Assembly (NCBI GenBank): GCA_040905385.1
Contig: JBBDRP010000002.1
Location: forward strand, 21,337 to 85,336
DNA length: 64,000 nucleotides
Direction: 5' to 3'
DNA from: Minisyncoccota bacterium
Lineage (GTDB): Bacteria; Patescibacteriota; Minisyncoccia; Phycocordibacterales; SW-6-46-9
Both the position numbers and the translations under genes were made by a program. Shown here piece after piece: positions 1-9,505 of this stretch (positions within the stretch are counted from its first letter, which is position 1; every line of letters starts with the position of its first letter). The notes beneath the pieces are model-generated. The model made no database searches, was not told where the DNA came from, and was given only the letters and a program-made list of their open reading frames with translations.

Positions 1-940
1 TCTCAGGCCCAAGATCAACAATCGTCTCATCGTCGATCACATCTGCAACCGACCTCACGCTTGTCTCGCCGTCAGCGGAGAGTGTCAACACATCCGTCGG
101 CAGCTTCAAGGCATCGCTCGCCAGACCAGCAGAAAGATCAAACTCGGCTTCCGGCAACACCGAGTTACCCACCGGCTGGCCTGATGCCGCCAGGTAGGCA
201 TTAGCCAAAGCTCCAGCAACAAATACGCTGTCGGCCACGCCGGAGAACTTCTCAACGAGCGGTAGCTTGGTAGAGAATTTCGCCCCGCCCAGAATAAAGG
301 TAAAGGGATGATCAGGATGCAGTATCGCCGACAACTCCTCTAGCTCGCGGGCAAACTGAAGTCCGGCGTAGGCGGGCAGGTGCGTCGGCACACCTACAAT
401 CGAAGCATGAGCGCGGTGAGTGGTCGGAAATGCATCGTTGACGTAGATGTCACCGTAACCGGCCAGCATCTGGGCAAACGCCGGATCATTCGCCTTCTCG
501 CCCTCATACTGACGCAGGTTCTCCAGCAGCACCACCTCCCCATTTCCCATTGCGTTGACCGCGTCACTGGCAGCACCCGATGCGTAGTCGGTAATAAATG
601 TCAGTTCAAAATGCTCTTCGAAATACTTCACGAGCGGTTTTAGTGATTTCACATTTTTTACCCCGTAGCCGGAGCCGTCAGGCGACGTGGTACCGGGGCC
701 CGACATATGCCCGGCCAGAATTATCCGCGCGCCCTGCTCGCGCAGATACGCAATCGTCGGCAGCAGCTTCTGTAGACGGTAGTCGTCGGTAATCACGCCA
801 TCCCCGCTAGAGCGGGATTTCGTGTCATTATCACGGAACTCAACCTCGACCGGCACATTCAGCGCCCCACGCAGGAATACGCGCTGGCCGGCCAGGTCAT
901 CGCAATCCTTGATTGAATTAATGGAAAATTTAGTCTTCAT
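1..940 (-). CDS. pgk: phosphoglycerate kinase (partial; C-terminus runs off window start)
   Basis: Minus-strand translation from ATG at 940 gives MKTKFSINSIKDCDDLAGQRVFLRGALNVPVEV...ENLRQYEGE...GDIYVNDAFPTTHRAHASIVGVP...ILGGAKFSTKL, matching PGK N-terminal and hinge motifs. The open frame continues to base 1. It is absent from the ORF track because no stop lies within the window. Confidence 0.85.
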   Translation of the reverse strand, partial: MKTKFSINSIKDCDDLAGQRVFLRGALNVPVEVEFRDNDTKSRSSGDGVITDDYRLQKLLPTIAYLREQGARIILAGHMSGPGTTSPDGSGYGVKNVKSLKPLVKYFEEHFELTFITDYASGAASDAVNAMGNGEVVLLENLRQYEGEKANDPAFAQMLAGYGDIYVNDAFPTTHRAHASIVGVPTHLPAYAGLQFARELEELSAILHPDHPFTFILGGAKFSTKLPLVEKFSGVADSVFVAGALANAYLAASGQPVGNSVLPEAEFDLSAGLASDALKLPTDVLTLSADGETSVRSVADVIDDETIVDLGPE

Positions 941-1751
941 TATTTTTCTCGATCTCCTCACTGATGTCATTGATAATCCGCAGAATGTCACAGAAGTGAT
1001 CGGCATCCAGCGAGGCACCACCAATCAGGAAGCCGTCGATGTTGGTGCCGGTGAAAAGCTCGCGAGCATTGTCGCGCTTGACCGAACCACCGTACAGAAT
1101 CTTTGTTTTGTGTGCCAACGCCATTGAGAAATGACTCTGCAGCACCTTGCGAATAAAGAGACTAGCCTGATGCAGGTCATGTGGTGTCACCGCCTTGTCT
1201 GCACCACCACCGATGGCCCACAGGGGCTCGTAGGCGATGGTGATTTTGTCATGGAAACGTCCGGGAATGTTTTTGAACACGTCCAGAATCTGAGACTGCA
1301 GAAAGGCCAGATACTGACCATCCTCGTCACGCTCGGACTCACCGATACAGTAGATAACCCCCAGATTAGCATTCAGCGCGTTCATAGCCTTGGCCTTTAT
1401 ATTAGCGGTATTTTCACCCATTGCCCGGCGTTCCGAGTGGCCAATAATGCTGACACCGGCGCCAGAATCAGCAATCATCTCGGCCGAGACCTCCCCGGTC
1501 TGAGAACCAACACCAGAAAATCGTGAGACATCCTGACTCCCTAATATTATCTTGGTACCACCGTAACTTTCGCTCAGCGCCCCAAGAAAAAGTGACGGCG
1601 GACAGATAACCGTCGTGACATGCTTGAGGTACGAAGCTGTGCGTTTGATACCAGTAAATAGCTTCTGGGCTGCATGAAGATTGTCCGGATGCATCTTCCA
1701 GTTAGCCGCGACGACGGGTGATGTAGAGGGATTTTCGCTCATTACTGCCAT
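930..1751 (-). CDS. tpiA: triosephosphate isomerase
   Basis: Carries the TIM motifs AANWKMH, IGHSERR and YEPLWAIGGG. Its stop overlaps the pgk start by 11 nt. Confidence 0.9.
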   Translation of the reverse strand: MAVMSENPSTSPVVAANWKMHPDNLHAAQKLFTGIKRTASYLKHVTTVICPPSLFLGALSESYGGTKIILGSQDVSRFSGVGSQTGEVSAEMIADSGAGVSIIGHSERRAMGENTANIKAKAMNALNANLGVIYCIGESERDEDGQYLAFLQSQILDVFKNIPGRFHDKITIAYEPLWAIGGGADKAVTPHDLHQASLFIRKVLQSHFSMALAHKTKILYGGSVKRDNARELFTGTNIDGFLIGGASLDADHFCDILRIINDISEEIEKNNED

Positions 1752-1825
1752 TGTACCATCATCGGATTAATCTGAAATCTTTTCGACCTACTGACTGCAG
1801 GCAACTCCTTATAAAGAACAGATGA

Positions 1826-1854
1826 TTGCACCCGCACCGTCTGCGTGCTATATT
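1826..1854 (+). promoter_or_regulatory. sigma70-like promoter candidate upstream of nusA leader
   Basis: TTGCAC, a 17-nt spacer, then TATATT. Confidence 0.35.
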
Positions 1855-1911
1855 TTAGGTAAAGATTGTCCGCAGCCGGAACCGGCCCGGGCAAAAGTTT
1901 TTAAATGAGTG

Positions 1912-2001
1912 CCCGATATCTTTTATCCCGCTTTACGGATAAAAGAACGGTTACACGAATTTATGTCCGAATTTTCTCATTGCATGAGAAAATTCCTGGA
2001 C
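1912..2001 (+). repeat. structured intergenic element family A, copy 1
   Basis: CCCGATATC, hairpin, GAACGGTTACACGAATTTATGTCCGAAT, hairpin, ATTCCTGGAC. Near-identical backbone to the copies at 30124 and 53052; the hairpin sequences differ but stay paired. Confidence 0.7.
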
Positions 2002-2100
2002 GAAATAAAATCATCACAAGAATGTTTTCGTGAGACAACGCAGACTCAGAAAAAAACAGCTGAGTATCTCATTTGTTAAAAATCTAACAACTAAATAATT

Positions 2101-3492
2101 ATGTTCGACCTAAAAGTAATTAACTCAGTTCTTAACCAACTTGAAAATGACCGCGGTATTCCGCGTGCAAAAGCCTTAGATGCCATCGAGCAGGCGCTGG
2201 CTAGTGCCTACAAAAAGGAGTACGGCAAACACGGTCAGATTATCCGTGCCGACTTCGACCAGGAATCCGGAACCGTTAGCTTCCAGCAGGTAAAGGAGGT
2301 AATTGATGACTCTATCGTTCAGATGCCGGATGATGACGGTGAGTTTGATAAAGACAGCGAACTTGACCGCTTTGATCCTGAACGCCACATTCTGATTGAT
2401 GATGCGCAGAAGATCAAAAGCAGTGCTGATCTTGGTGATGAAATTGCCTTCCCGCTGGAGGACAAGGACGACTACGGCCGTATCTCAACCCAGACAGCCA
2501 AGCAGGTAATCATCCAAAAAATTCGCGAGGCCGAAAAGGTTTCTGTCTATGACGAGTTTGCCGAAAAGAAGGGGCAGATTGTGAATGGTACCGTCCAGCG
2601 CTTCGAGCGCGGCAACCTGTACATCGACCTCGGTCGAGCGACTGGACTGATGCCGTACAAAGAACAGATTCCTGGTGAGCGATTCCGTCAGGGTGAACGT
2701 ATTCGCGCGCTACTTCTTGATGTTGAGGAGTCGTCTCGGGGAATCTTCCTGAAACTATCTCGCTCCAATGCTGACTTTCTGCGTCGCTTATTTGAGATGG
2801 AGGCGCCGGAGGTTGCCAGTGGTGTCGTAGAGCTAAAAAAGATTGCACGTGAGGCTGGCAGCCGATCAAAGATTGCCGTCCACTCTGACGATGAGTATAT
2901 CGATCCAGTTGGCGCCTGTGTGGGTCAACGCGGTGTGCGTGTTACCACCGTTATGAGCGCGCTTGGTAACGAAAAAATTGATATCATCGAGTGGTCGGAC
3001 AATACCGAAATATTTATCGAGAAGGCACTATCACCGGCCGAGGTGATGCGCGTTGATCTGGATGAAGATACGCATGAAGCCCACGCGTACGTAATGTCTG
3101 ATCAGCAGTCGCTGGCCATTGGTAAAGGTGGGCAGAATGCTCGCCTAGCGGCCAAGCTTACCGGCTGGACGATTGATATTCGTTCACTGGATGGCGATAA
3201 TGAAGAGAGCGAAATTGTGGTTGACCCAGAAGGAGAAGAGGTTGAATCGGACGATAGTGAGACAAAGCCCAACTCTAGTGAAGATGCTGAGTCATCAACA
3301 GATGACGAAGTCCCGTCTGGGGAGCAGGATGAGGCTAACGACAGCGAGAATAAAGCGGACGAATCGGCCAAAGCAGGAGAAGATGCAGAATCAACCTTCG
3401 AGGAAGCTGAGGAGAAGGATGATGATGCAGAAGATGAAGACCCCGTAGAGGAATCTGAGAAAACTCAGGAGGCAGGGGAAAAAGAAGCGTAA
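2101..3492 (+). CDS. nusA: transcription termination/antitermination factor NusA with acidic C-terminal tail
   Basis: N-terminal NusA domain, S1 domain and KH domains (GQRGVRV..., KGGQNARLAAKLTGW), followed by a long D/E-rich tail. Confidence 0.9.
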   Translation: MFDLKVINSVLNQLENDRGIPRAKALDAIEQALASAYKKEYGKHGQIIRADFDQESGTVSFQQVKEVIDDSIVQMPDDDGEFDKDSELDRFDPERHILIDDAQKIKSSADLGDEIAFPLEDKDDYGRISTQTAKQVIIQKIREAEKVSVYDEFAEKKGQIVNGTVQRFERGNLYIDLGRATGLMPYKEQIPGERFRQGERIRALLLDVEESSRGIFLKLSRSNADFLRRLFEMEAPEVASGVVELKKIAREAGSRSKIAVHSDDEYIDPVGACVGQRGVRVTTVMSALGNEKIDIIEWSDNTEIFIEKALSPAEVMRVDLDEDTHEAHAYVMSDQQSLAIGKGGQNARLAAKLTGWTIDIRSLDGDNEESEIVVDPEGEEVESDDSETKPNSSEDAESSTDDEVPSGEQDEANDSENKADESAKAGEDAESTFEEAEEKDDDAEDEDPVEESEKTQEAGEKEA

Positions 3493-3548
3493 TTTATTCA
3501 TACTAATTTTTAGCTAATTGCTAAAAGCTACTAGCTAATTGCTCACAT

Positions 3549-4073
3549 ATGAACTACTGGCATGATCTTGAACCAGGAACCGCCGATGAGATGACTACCA
3601 TCGTGGAGATTCCCAAGGGCTCAAAAAACAAGTACGAAATCGACAAGGAAACCGGACTGATCGCTCTTGACCGAGCTATGCACACAGCTCAGGATTATCC
3701 ATTTGATTATGGATACATTCCACAGACGCTTTGGGATGATGACGATGCGCTTGATGTCATTATCCTGACTAGCAACCCACTAGATTCTGGTATCCTTGTC
3801 CGGACGCGTCCAGTCGGTATCATGAACATGATTGATGACGGCGAAAGAGATGACAAAATTATAGCTGTACCGACAACCGACCCACGTTTTGACGAAATCC
3901 TGGATCTTACTGACGTCAACTCGCACACCCTCAAGGAGATGAATCACTTCTACGCAACCTACAAAAACCTACAGGATAAGGAGGTAGAGGTCACCGGCTT
4001 TGGGGACAAAAAAGCCGCTATTGAGGCTTTTGAGCGAGGAAAGAAACTTTACAACGAGGCGTATAAAAACTAA
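3549..4073 (+). CDS. ppa: inorganic pyrophosphatase (family I)
   Basis: DYPFDYGYIPQTLWDDDDALDVIILT and the neighbouring family I PPase signature. Confidence 0.9.
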   Translation: MNYWHDLEPGTADEMTTIVEIPKGSKNKYEIDKETGLIALDRAMHTAQDYPFDYGYIPQTLWDDDDALDVIILTSNPLDSGILVRTRPVGIMNMIDDGERDDKIIAVPTTDPRFDEILDLTDVNSHTLKEMNHFYATYKNLQDKEVEVTGFGDKKAAIEAFERGKKLYNEAYKN

Positions 4074-4075
4074 TT

Positions 4076-4315
4076 ATGACTACCGAGGACAAAAACGCAC
4101 CACTTACCGGAGAAATTGTGCAGGAGTCCGGTGAAGCCCAGAAAACACCTAGCGGCCGCGAACTTTCGATTCGTCGCTATCTCTTCCCGGCGCTCCTGGA
4201 TGAAAAACGAGACAACCACCGATCAAACCGAAAAATACTGGCGCTTGTCTTTGCTGTGGTGGTGCTTGCCGGAATTCTGGCGCTGTATATCTACGGCGGC
4301 AGCCTAGCTGCATAA
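4076..4315 (+). CDS. small hypothetical protein with C-terminal TM helix
   Basis: Starts 3 nt after the ppa stop; hydrophobic C-terminus LALVFAVVVLAGILALYIYG. Confidence 0.4.
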   Translation: MTTEDKNAPLTGEIVQESGEAQKTPSGRELSIRRYLFPALLDEKRDNHRSNRKILALVFAVVVLAGILALYIYGGSLAA

Positions 4316-4381
4316 TCGAAGTGTTCACTACTAATTTACCCGGATTATATTTAACCGGGTGCATGTAATCTAAATTTACGT

Positions 4382-5488
4382 ATGACAGACGACACAAACA
4401 CTGACTACGACGCTGATATTAAAAAGGAATCGGGAGAAGCCAAGATCAAAGCCCAAATCCCGTGGGAGACCTTTGAAAGCTACCGTTCTCAGGCCCTTGA
4501 GAGTCTGCAGGAAAGCGTCTCTATTGACGGTTTTCGTGACAAGAAGATTCCAGAAAAAGTATTGGAGGATCACGTCGGTGAGATGGGTGTAATCTCCGAG
4601 ATGGCGCAGTTTGCTATCTCTGACGTTTACCCGAAAATTGTTACCGACAATAAACTACAGACGATCGGACGACCCGATGTAAAAATCACCAAGATATCCA
4701 AGGGCAACCCACTAGAGTTCGAAGCCATCGCCACCATGATGCCGGTTGTCCAGCTGCCGGATGATTACCTCGAGACAGCTGCTGATGCCTACGACGAGAA
4801 AGGTGATGACAGTACCGAGGTTGAGGACACTGAGGTTAATGAAGCAATCGAGAATATTCGCCAGCAGTGGGCACAGAGTCAGGCACACCAGAAGGCTCAG
4901 GAATCTGGAGAAGAGATTGATATCGCCAACCTGGAAATTTCCGATGAGGATCTTCCGGAGATTGATGACGAGTTTGTGCAGAAGATTTCCAGCAATGAGA
5001 CCGTTGATGAGTTCAAGGCTATACTGAAGGAAAACCTCGCCGACCAGAAAGGACGCAAAGCCGCCGAGGCAACACGCGGAAAGATTATTCAGGCGGTTGT
5101 TGATGCTGCCGAGGTTGAGATTCCGAACCTCATCATTGATGGTGAGCTGGACAAAATGATGGCCCAGTTCGAGTCTGATGTAGCTCGTGCCGGAATGGAG
5201 ATGGACGACTACTTCGAGCAGGCCGACACAACCAAGGAGGAAATGCGCGACAAGTGGCGACCGGATGCTAAGCGACGCGGCAAGACACAGCTGGTGCTAA
5301 ACAAAATTGCTGCCGACCAGAATATTCAGGCCAATGACGACGCGGTGGACGAAGAGGTCAAGCAAATCGTTGCCCAGTACGAAGAAGTTCCTGAAGCTCG
5401 CGCGCGTACCTTTGTCCGCAGTCGGATGATCAACGAGAACACAATCGAGTGGCTTGAAAACGAAGCCAAAGGCAAGAAGCAGGAATAA
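4382..5488 (+). CDS. tig: trigger factor (short form)
   Basis: N-terminal ribosome-binding motif IDGFRDKKIPEKV (consensus GFRxGxxP). Gene order tig-clpP. Confidence 0.75.
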   Translation: MTDDTNTDYDADIKKESGEAKIKAQIPWETFESYRSQALESLQESVSIDGFRDKKIPEKVLEDHVGEMGVISEMAQFAISDVYPKIVTDNKLQTIGRPDVKITKISKGNPLEFEAIATMMPVVQLPDDYLETAADAYDEKGDDSTEVEDTEVNEAIENIRQQWAQSQAHQKAQESGEEIDIANLEISDEDLPEIDDEFVQKISSNETVDEFKAILKENLADQKGRKAAEATRGKIIQAVVDAAEVEIPNLIIDGELDKMMAQFESDVARAGMEMDDYFEQADTTKEEMRDKWRPDAKRRGKTQLVLNKIAADQNIQANDDAVDEEVKQIVAQYEEVPEARARTFVRSRMINENTIEWLENEAKGKKQE

Positions 5489-5676
5489 GGAATCTAGAAT
5501 CACGAATAATGAACAGAGGTGATAGAATGAATACGAAACGACTAGCAAGAAAAAATTTGAGTTTAATAACTTTAAAAAGATAGAGAGATTTGCCCTAGAT
5601 CGCGGAAGAATCGAGTACTGTCGTGAGGTGTATATACGAATACAGTGAACGACAGACGGAGATTCTGACAAAGAAA

Positions 5677-5705
5677 TTGGTCAAATATCTCTATCTGCCT
5701 ATACT
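5677..5705 (+). promoter_or_regulatory. promoter candidate for clpP
   Basis: TTGGTC, a 17-nt spacer, then TATACT, ending 8 nt before the clpP ATG. A single GGTCAAA half-site sits here, not a full CtsR tandem. Confidence 0.3.
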
Positions 5706-5713
5706 AAAAAACT

Positions 5714-6316
5714 ATGAGTACATTAATCCCCACAGTAATAGAAAAGTCCCAACGCGGCGAACGTGCCTACGACATCTATTCACGCTTACTGAAAGAACGC
5801 ATTGTGTTCCTAGGTGGACCAATTCACGACCAGGTTACCAACACCGTCATTGCCCAGCTCTTGTACCTAGAGAGTGAGGCCCCGGACAAAGACATTTCAC
5901 TGTACATCAACTCCCCTGGTGGCTCTGTTACGGCTACTCTGGCAATGCTAGACACTATGAACTACGTCCAGTGTGAAGTGCAGACTATCTGTGTCGGTAT
6001 TGCTGCCTCTGGTGGTGCAGTACTGCTTTCTGCCGGAGAGAAAGGCAAGCGCTTCTGTCTCGAGAATTCCGAGGTTATGATTCACCAGCCACATGGAGGT
6101 GCACAAGGACAAGCAACGGACATTGAAATTACTGCTAAGCATATCCTCAAAACTCGCGAGCGTCTGAATCAGATTATGGCTGAGAATACTGGTCAGTCAT
6201 TTGAAAAAATTCAGGATGATGTCGAGCGTGACTTCTTTATGGATGCCAAAGAAGCCAAAGACTATGGCATCGTTGATGAGATTATGCAGAGTAAAAAGAA
6301 GAAATCTACCAAGTAG
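5714..6316 (+). CDS. clpP: ATP-dependent Clp protease proteolytic subunit
   Basis: [33 protein letters not shown], and the catalytic Ser/His/Asp context. Confidence 0.9.
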   Translation: MSTLIPTVIEKSQRGERAYDIYSRLLKERIVFLGGPIHDQVTNTVIAQLLYLESEAPDKDISLYINSPGGSVTATLAMLDTMNYVQCEVQTICVGIAASGGAVLLSAGEKGKRFCLENSEVMIHQPHGGAQGQATDIEITAKHILKTRERLNQIMAENTGQSFEKIQDDVERDFFMDAKEAKDYGIVDEIMQSKKKKSTK

Positions 6317-6354
6317 ATTTCTTCCCTAACGTATAACGTGTAATGTATATCGAA

Positions 6355-6381
6355 AAAGTGCCTTCTTGGGCGCTTTTTTTA
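6355..6381 (+). terminator. rho-independent terminator after clpP
   Basis: AAAGTGCC, loop TTCTTG, GGCGCTTT, then a T7 run. Confidence 0.55.
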
Positions 6382-6658
6382 ATGCCTCCACATGGCCTTA
6401 ATTTATCACTTCACTATCAAGTAGAGTGTGAGCCACACAAACATGTTTGTGTGGCCGAACGGAGCGTGCAAAATAAACTTTTACATTTATTTTCGAGCAG
6501 AATGCAAATAGACAAATGAATAATTGACCGTTTCAGCGGGGAAGCAGGTTTATAACCTGCTTATGTAATCATGAATTATTTATTTGACAAACTTACTTAT
6601 TTCTTATACTTTATAATCAGATTCATTCGAGCAATCTTAAACAAAAAGGTGAAAGCTT

Positions 6659-7042
6659 ATGGAAGAAATGAAGAAAGCAGAAAGCGAATTAAAGCAAAAA
6701 CAAGCAAAGTTTGACCGGAGCATAGACCGATTTATCAATCAAATAGAAGACTTAAAATTCACTTTGAAAAACTTGAAATACGATGATGATAAATCTCATT
6801 TCAAAAAGGACAGTGCGTTAAATAAGTCGATTGATGAGCTAGACATGGGCACAAGAACTTATAATGCTCTTAAGTCTAAACAGATGGTTACACTTGCTGA
6901 GATAGCCAGAGAAAAACCAAGTCAATTACTAGAATATAGCGGATTTGGTAAAGTGGCCTTAGCTGAATTATCAGAAATTCTCGAAGAGCACAGTCTGCAC
7001 TTCGGTATGGATATTTCGGCTCATTTAAAAGAATCAAAATAA
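6659..7042 (+). CDS. standalone RNA polymerase alpha-subunit C-terminal domain (alpha-CTD)-like protein with N-terminal coiled coil
   Basis: The C-terminal 60 aa (IDELDMGTRTYNALKSKQMVTLAEIAREKPSQLLEYSGFGKVALAELSEILEEHSLHFGM) align to E. coli RpoA residues ~255-315. The R265, N268, G296 and K298 equivalents are present. The gene lies in an AT-rich island. Confidence 0.55.
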   Translation: MEEMKKAESELKQKQAKFDRSIDRFINQIEDLKFTLKNLKYDDDKSHFKKDSALNKSIDELDMGTRTYNALKSKQMVTLAEIAREKPSQLLEYSGFGKVALAELSEILEEHSLHFGMDISAHLKESK

Positions 7043-7090
7043 ACCATTAAACCCAAAGCCGCTTGTGTATACAGCACGGGTGGCTTTTTT

Positions 7091-7128
7091 ACCCACCTAC
7101 TCGAAGCTTCGAGTAGGTGGGTTTATTG
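7091..7128 (+). terminator. rho-independent terminator (perfect 14-bp palindrome)
   Basis: ACCCACCTACTCGAAGCTTCGAGTAGGTGGGT followed by TTATT. Confidence 0.5.
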
Positions 7129-7284
7129 CTCTCGCTACACGTTGTGCGTTATGGGTTATACATATATATCTTTCCTGGCGTATTTACAGAAATTATCGTA
7201 TGATGAAAACAATACTGATGATCCGCACTATCACCATTGCCGCCCATCCGCGCGATAAATTTAACCGACTCAAAAGCTCTAAAA

Positions 7285-8811
7285 ATGAATATTTCTATAC
7301 TACTAGCCACCGTGGTGGCCGGCCTGGTTGGGATTGGACTGGGCTATGCGCTCCGGCGACTAGTACTACTTTCGCAAAAATCAACCCTAGAACTAGAAGT
7401 AAAAGAGCAGCGTATTGCTGCCAAGGAAGCAGCGGTGGAGATAAAGCAAGCTGCTGAGAACAAAGCCGAGGAGATAAAGCAACAGGCTGAAAAAGAAGCA
7501 GCTGAACGCAAAAGTGAGCTTGAATCCAGGGACGAAGAATTGAAAGAGCGGCAGGAAGAGATTCGCGAGCAGAAAAGAGATCTAAAGAACCAACGCGAAA
7601 AACTAGACAGAAACCGCGATCAGCTGCAGCAGATCGAAGAAGACAACGAAGAAAAACAGCATCAGCTAGAAAGCGAGCTCGCTCACTTGTCAGAGATGAG
7701 CCCGAAGGAGGCCAAGGAAACGCTGCTATCGCGAATCGAGAAGAGACACCACGACGAGTTACAGGCTCGTGAGCAGAAACTAGAGATGAATGCTAAGGAG
7801 CGTATCGAAGCCCGTGGCAAGGAGATGCTGGCCGGCGTACTGCAGCGGCTTAGTCGTGATGTGGATCCGGATATTCTTTCTACCAAGGTAAAGCTGGAAG
7901 ACGATGATCTCAAAGGCAAGATTATCGGTAAGGAAGGCCGGAACATTCGTGCCTTTCAGCAGGCCACCGGGGTTGAGATTGTTATTGATGATACGCCCGG
8001 AATCATCACAATATCTTCATACGACCCCATCCGCCGGGCCGTGGCAAAGTACGCGCTGGACCAGCTTCTAAGGGACGGCCGGGTTCAACCGGCCCGTATC
8101 GAGCGATTTGTTGCTGATGCCAAGGCCAAGGTAAATAAAATTATCCATGACCAGGGGGCAGCCGCTGCTAATGAGACCAACCTTCTGTCGTTGGATAACC
8201 GGATTGTCGTAATGCTCGGGCGGCTTCATTTCCGCACTAGTTATGGCCAGAATGTTCTCGAGCACTCTATCGAAGCGGCGCACATTGCGGAGATGCTGGC
8301 CCATGAACTAGATCTCGATGTAGAGGTGGCCAAGACCGGTGCCCTGCTGCATGACATCGGCAAGGCAGCCGACCACGAGCTATCGGGATCCCACGTCGAT
8401 ATCGGGATTCATATTCTGACCAAGTTTGGCGCTGCGCAGGCGGTGATTGATGCCATGAAGTCACATCACGATGATTACCCTCACGAATCACTGGAGTCGA
8501 TCATTGTTCAGGTCGCAGACGGTGTGTCCGGAGCTCGTCCAGGTGCCCGCAAGCAGACACTGGAGTCTTACGTAACCCGCCTGAAAGAGCTTGAAAATAT
8601 TGCGCAAAGCATGGATGGCGTTGTCAATTCATATGCTATCGAGGCTGGTCGGGAGATCCGCGTTTTTGTAAACTCAAAGCAAATTAGCGACCCACAAGCG
8701 GGTAACATAGCTCGTCAGATTGCGGCCCAGATCGAGAGCCGGGTTAGCTATCCCGGCGAGGTTAAAGTGCATGTCATCCGCGAAACCCGGCTGACTCATT
8801 ACGCACGATAG
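7285..8811 (+). CDS. rny: ribonuclease Y
   Basis: N-terminal TM helix, a K/E-rich coiled coil, a KH domain (IIGKEGRNIRAFQQATGVEIVID) and an HD domain (LLHDIGKA). Start is placed at MNISILL; the ORF-track start at 7237 is probably too far upstream. Confidence 0.85.
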   Translation: MNISILLATVVAGLVGIGLGYALRRLVLLSQKSTLELEVKEQRIAAKEAAVEIKQAAENKAEEIKQQAEKEAAERKSELESRDEELKERQEEIREQKRDLKNQREKLDRNRDQLQQIEEDNEEKQHQLESELAHLSEMSPKEAKETLLSRIEKRHHDELQAREQKLEMNAKERIEARGKEMLAGVLQRLSRDVDPDILSTKVKLEDDDLKGKIIGKEGRNIRAFQQATGVEIVIDDTPGIITISSYDPIRRAVAKYALDQLLRDGRVQPARIERFVADAKAKVNKIIHDQGAAAANETNLLSLDNRIVVMLGRLHFRTSYGQNVLEHSIEAAHIAEMLAHELDLDVEVAKTGALLHDIGKAADHELSGSHVDIGIHILTKFGAAQAVIDAMKSHHDDYPHESLESIIVQVADGVSGARPGARKQTLESYVTRLKELENIAQSMDGVVNSYAIEAGREIRVFVNSKQISDPQAGNIARQIAAQIESRVSYPGEVKVHVIRETRLTHYAR

Positions 8812-9120
8812 GGCTAATAATAAGGACGTGATGACGATGCTATCGGAAGCGTCCATTCGTCTAGGGCTACAGAAGACACAGATTTACCGCAAAGGAGTAC
8901 CTGGATTTATCTGCCACGCGCTGCAATAGCTTCTTACATAATTTCGCTTTACTAATCCTCCAAGAAAACTTTTATCCGACTATTTACACCAAACATACCG
9001 GAAATACCGTATTCTGATTCCAGCGCTAATCTCATTGCGTAAATATAATTTTTTCGCTACTATCAATACAGAGGTTTGCGATGAGAAACCTTTTTTACTA
9101 GCGCTAATTTAGATAAAAAC

Positions 9121-9429
9121 ATGGCTAAAATTAACAAGTCAGATTTCGTTGAGATGATCTACGATGAAATTGATGATTGCACCAAAGCCGACGCCAAACG
9201 TGTGATGGAATCAATTGTCGACACCATCACTGACACACTTGCCAACGCCGAGGAGGTATCAATCGCCGGTCTTGGAATCTTCAAGTCACGCATTCGACAG
9301 GCTCGTACTGCTCGAAACCCACAGACAGGTGAAGAGATTCAGGTACCAAAGATGCGCGTACCAAAATTCCGCCCAGCCAAGGCGCTGAAGGAGGCGGTCA
9401 AGGACAAGCGACTCGATCTAGAGGAGTAG
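9121..9429 (+). CDS. hup: DNA-binding protein HU/IHF family
   Basis: GLGIFKSRIRQARTARNPQTGEEIQVP matches the beta-arm of HU-family proteins. Confidence 0.85.
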   Translation: MAKINKSDFVEMIYDEIDDCTKADAKRVMESIVDTITDTLANAEEVSIAGLGIFKSRIRQARTARNPQTGEEIQVPKMRVPKFRPAKALKEAVKDKRLDLEE

Positions 9430-9505
9430 ATTCTACTTCCCTAGCCCACTTATACAAATGCCTGGCACCCGCCGGGCTTTTGTATTTTTGTAGTACCATG
9501 AATGT

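Noticed and set aside
1968-2084. Short ORF starting at the conserved ATGTCCGAAT of element A (MSEF...), which would be a leader peptide.
   Set aside because: The three copies give ORFs of 38, 6 and 17 codons with unrelated sequence after MSEF. Conservation tracks RNA or DNA structure, not coding.
5660-5713. CtsR operator upstream of clpP.
   Set aside because: Only a single GGTCAAA heptad is present, not the tandem direct repeat.
7065-7457. ORF 7065-7457 and the 7237 start for rny.
   Set aside because: It spans the terminator palindrome and the rny promoter region. rny most plausibly starts at MNISILL (7285), just before the TM helix.
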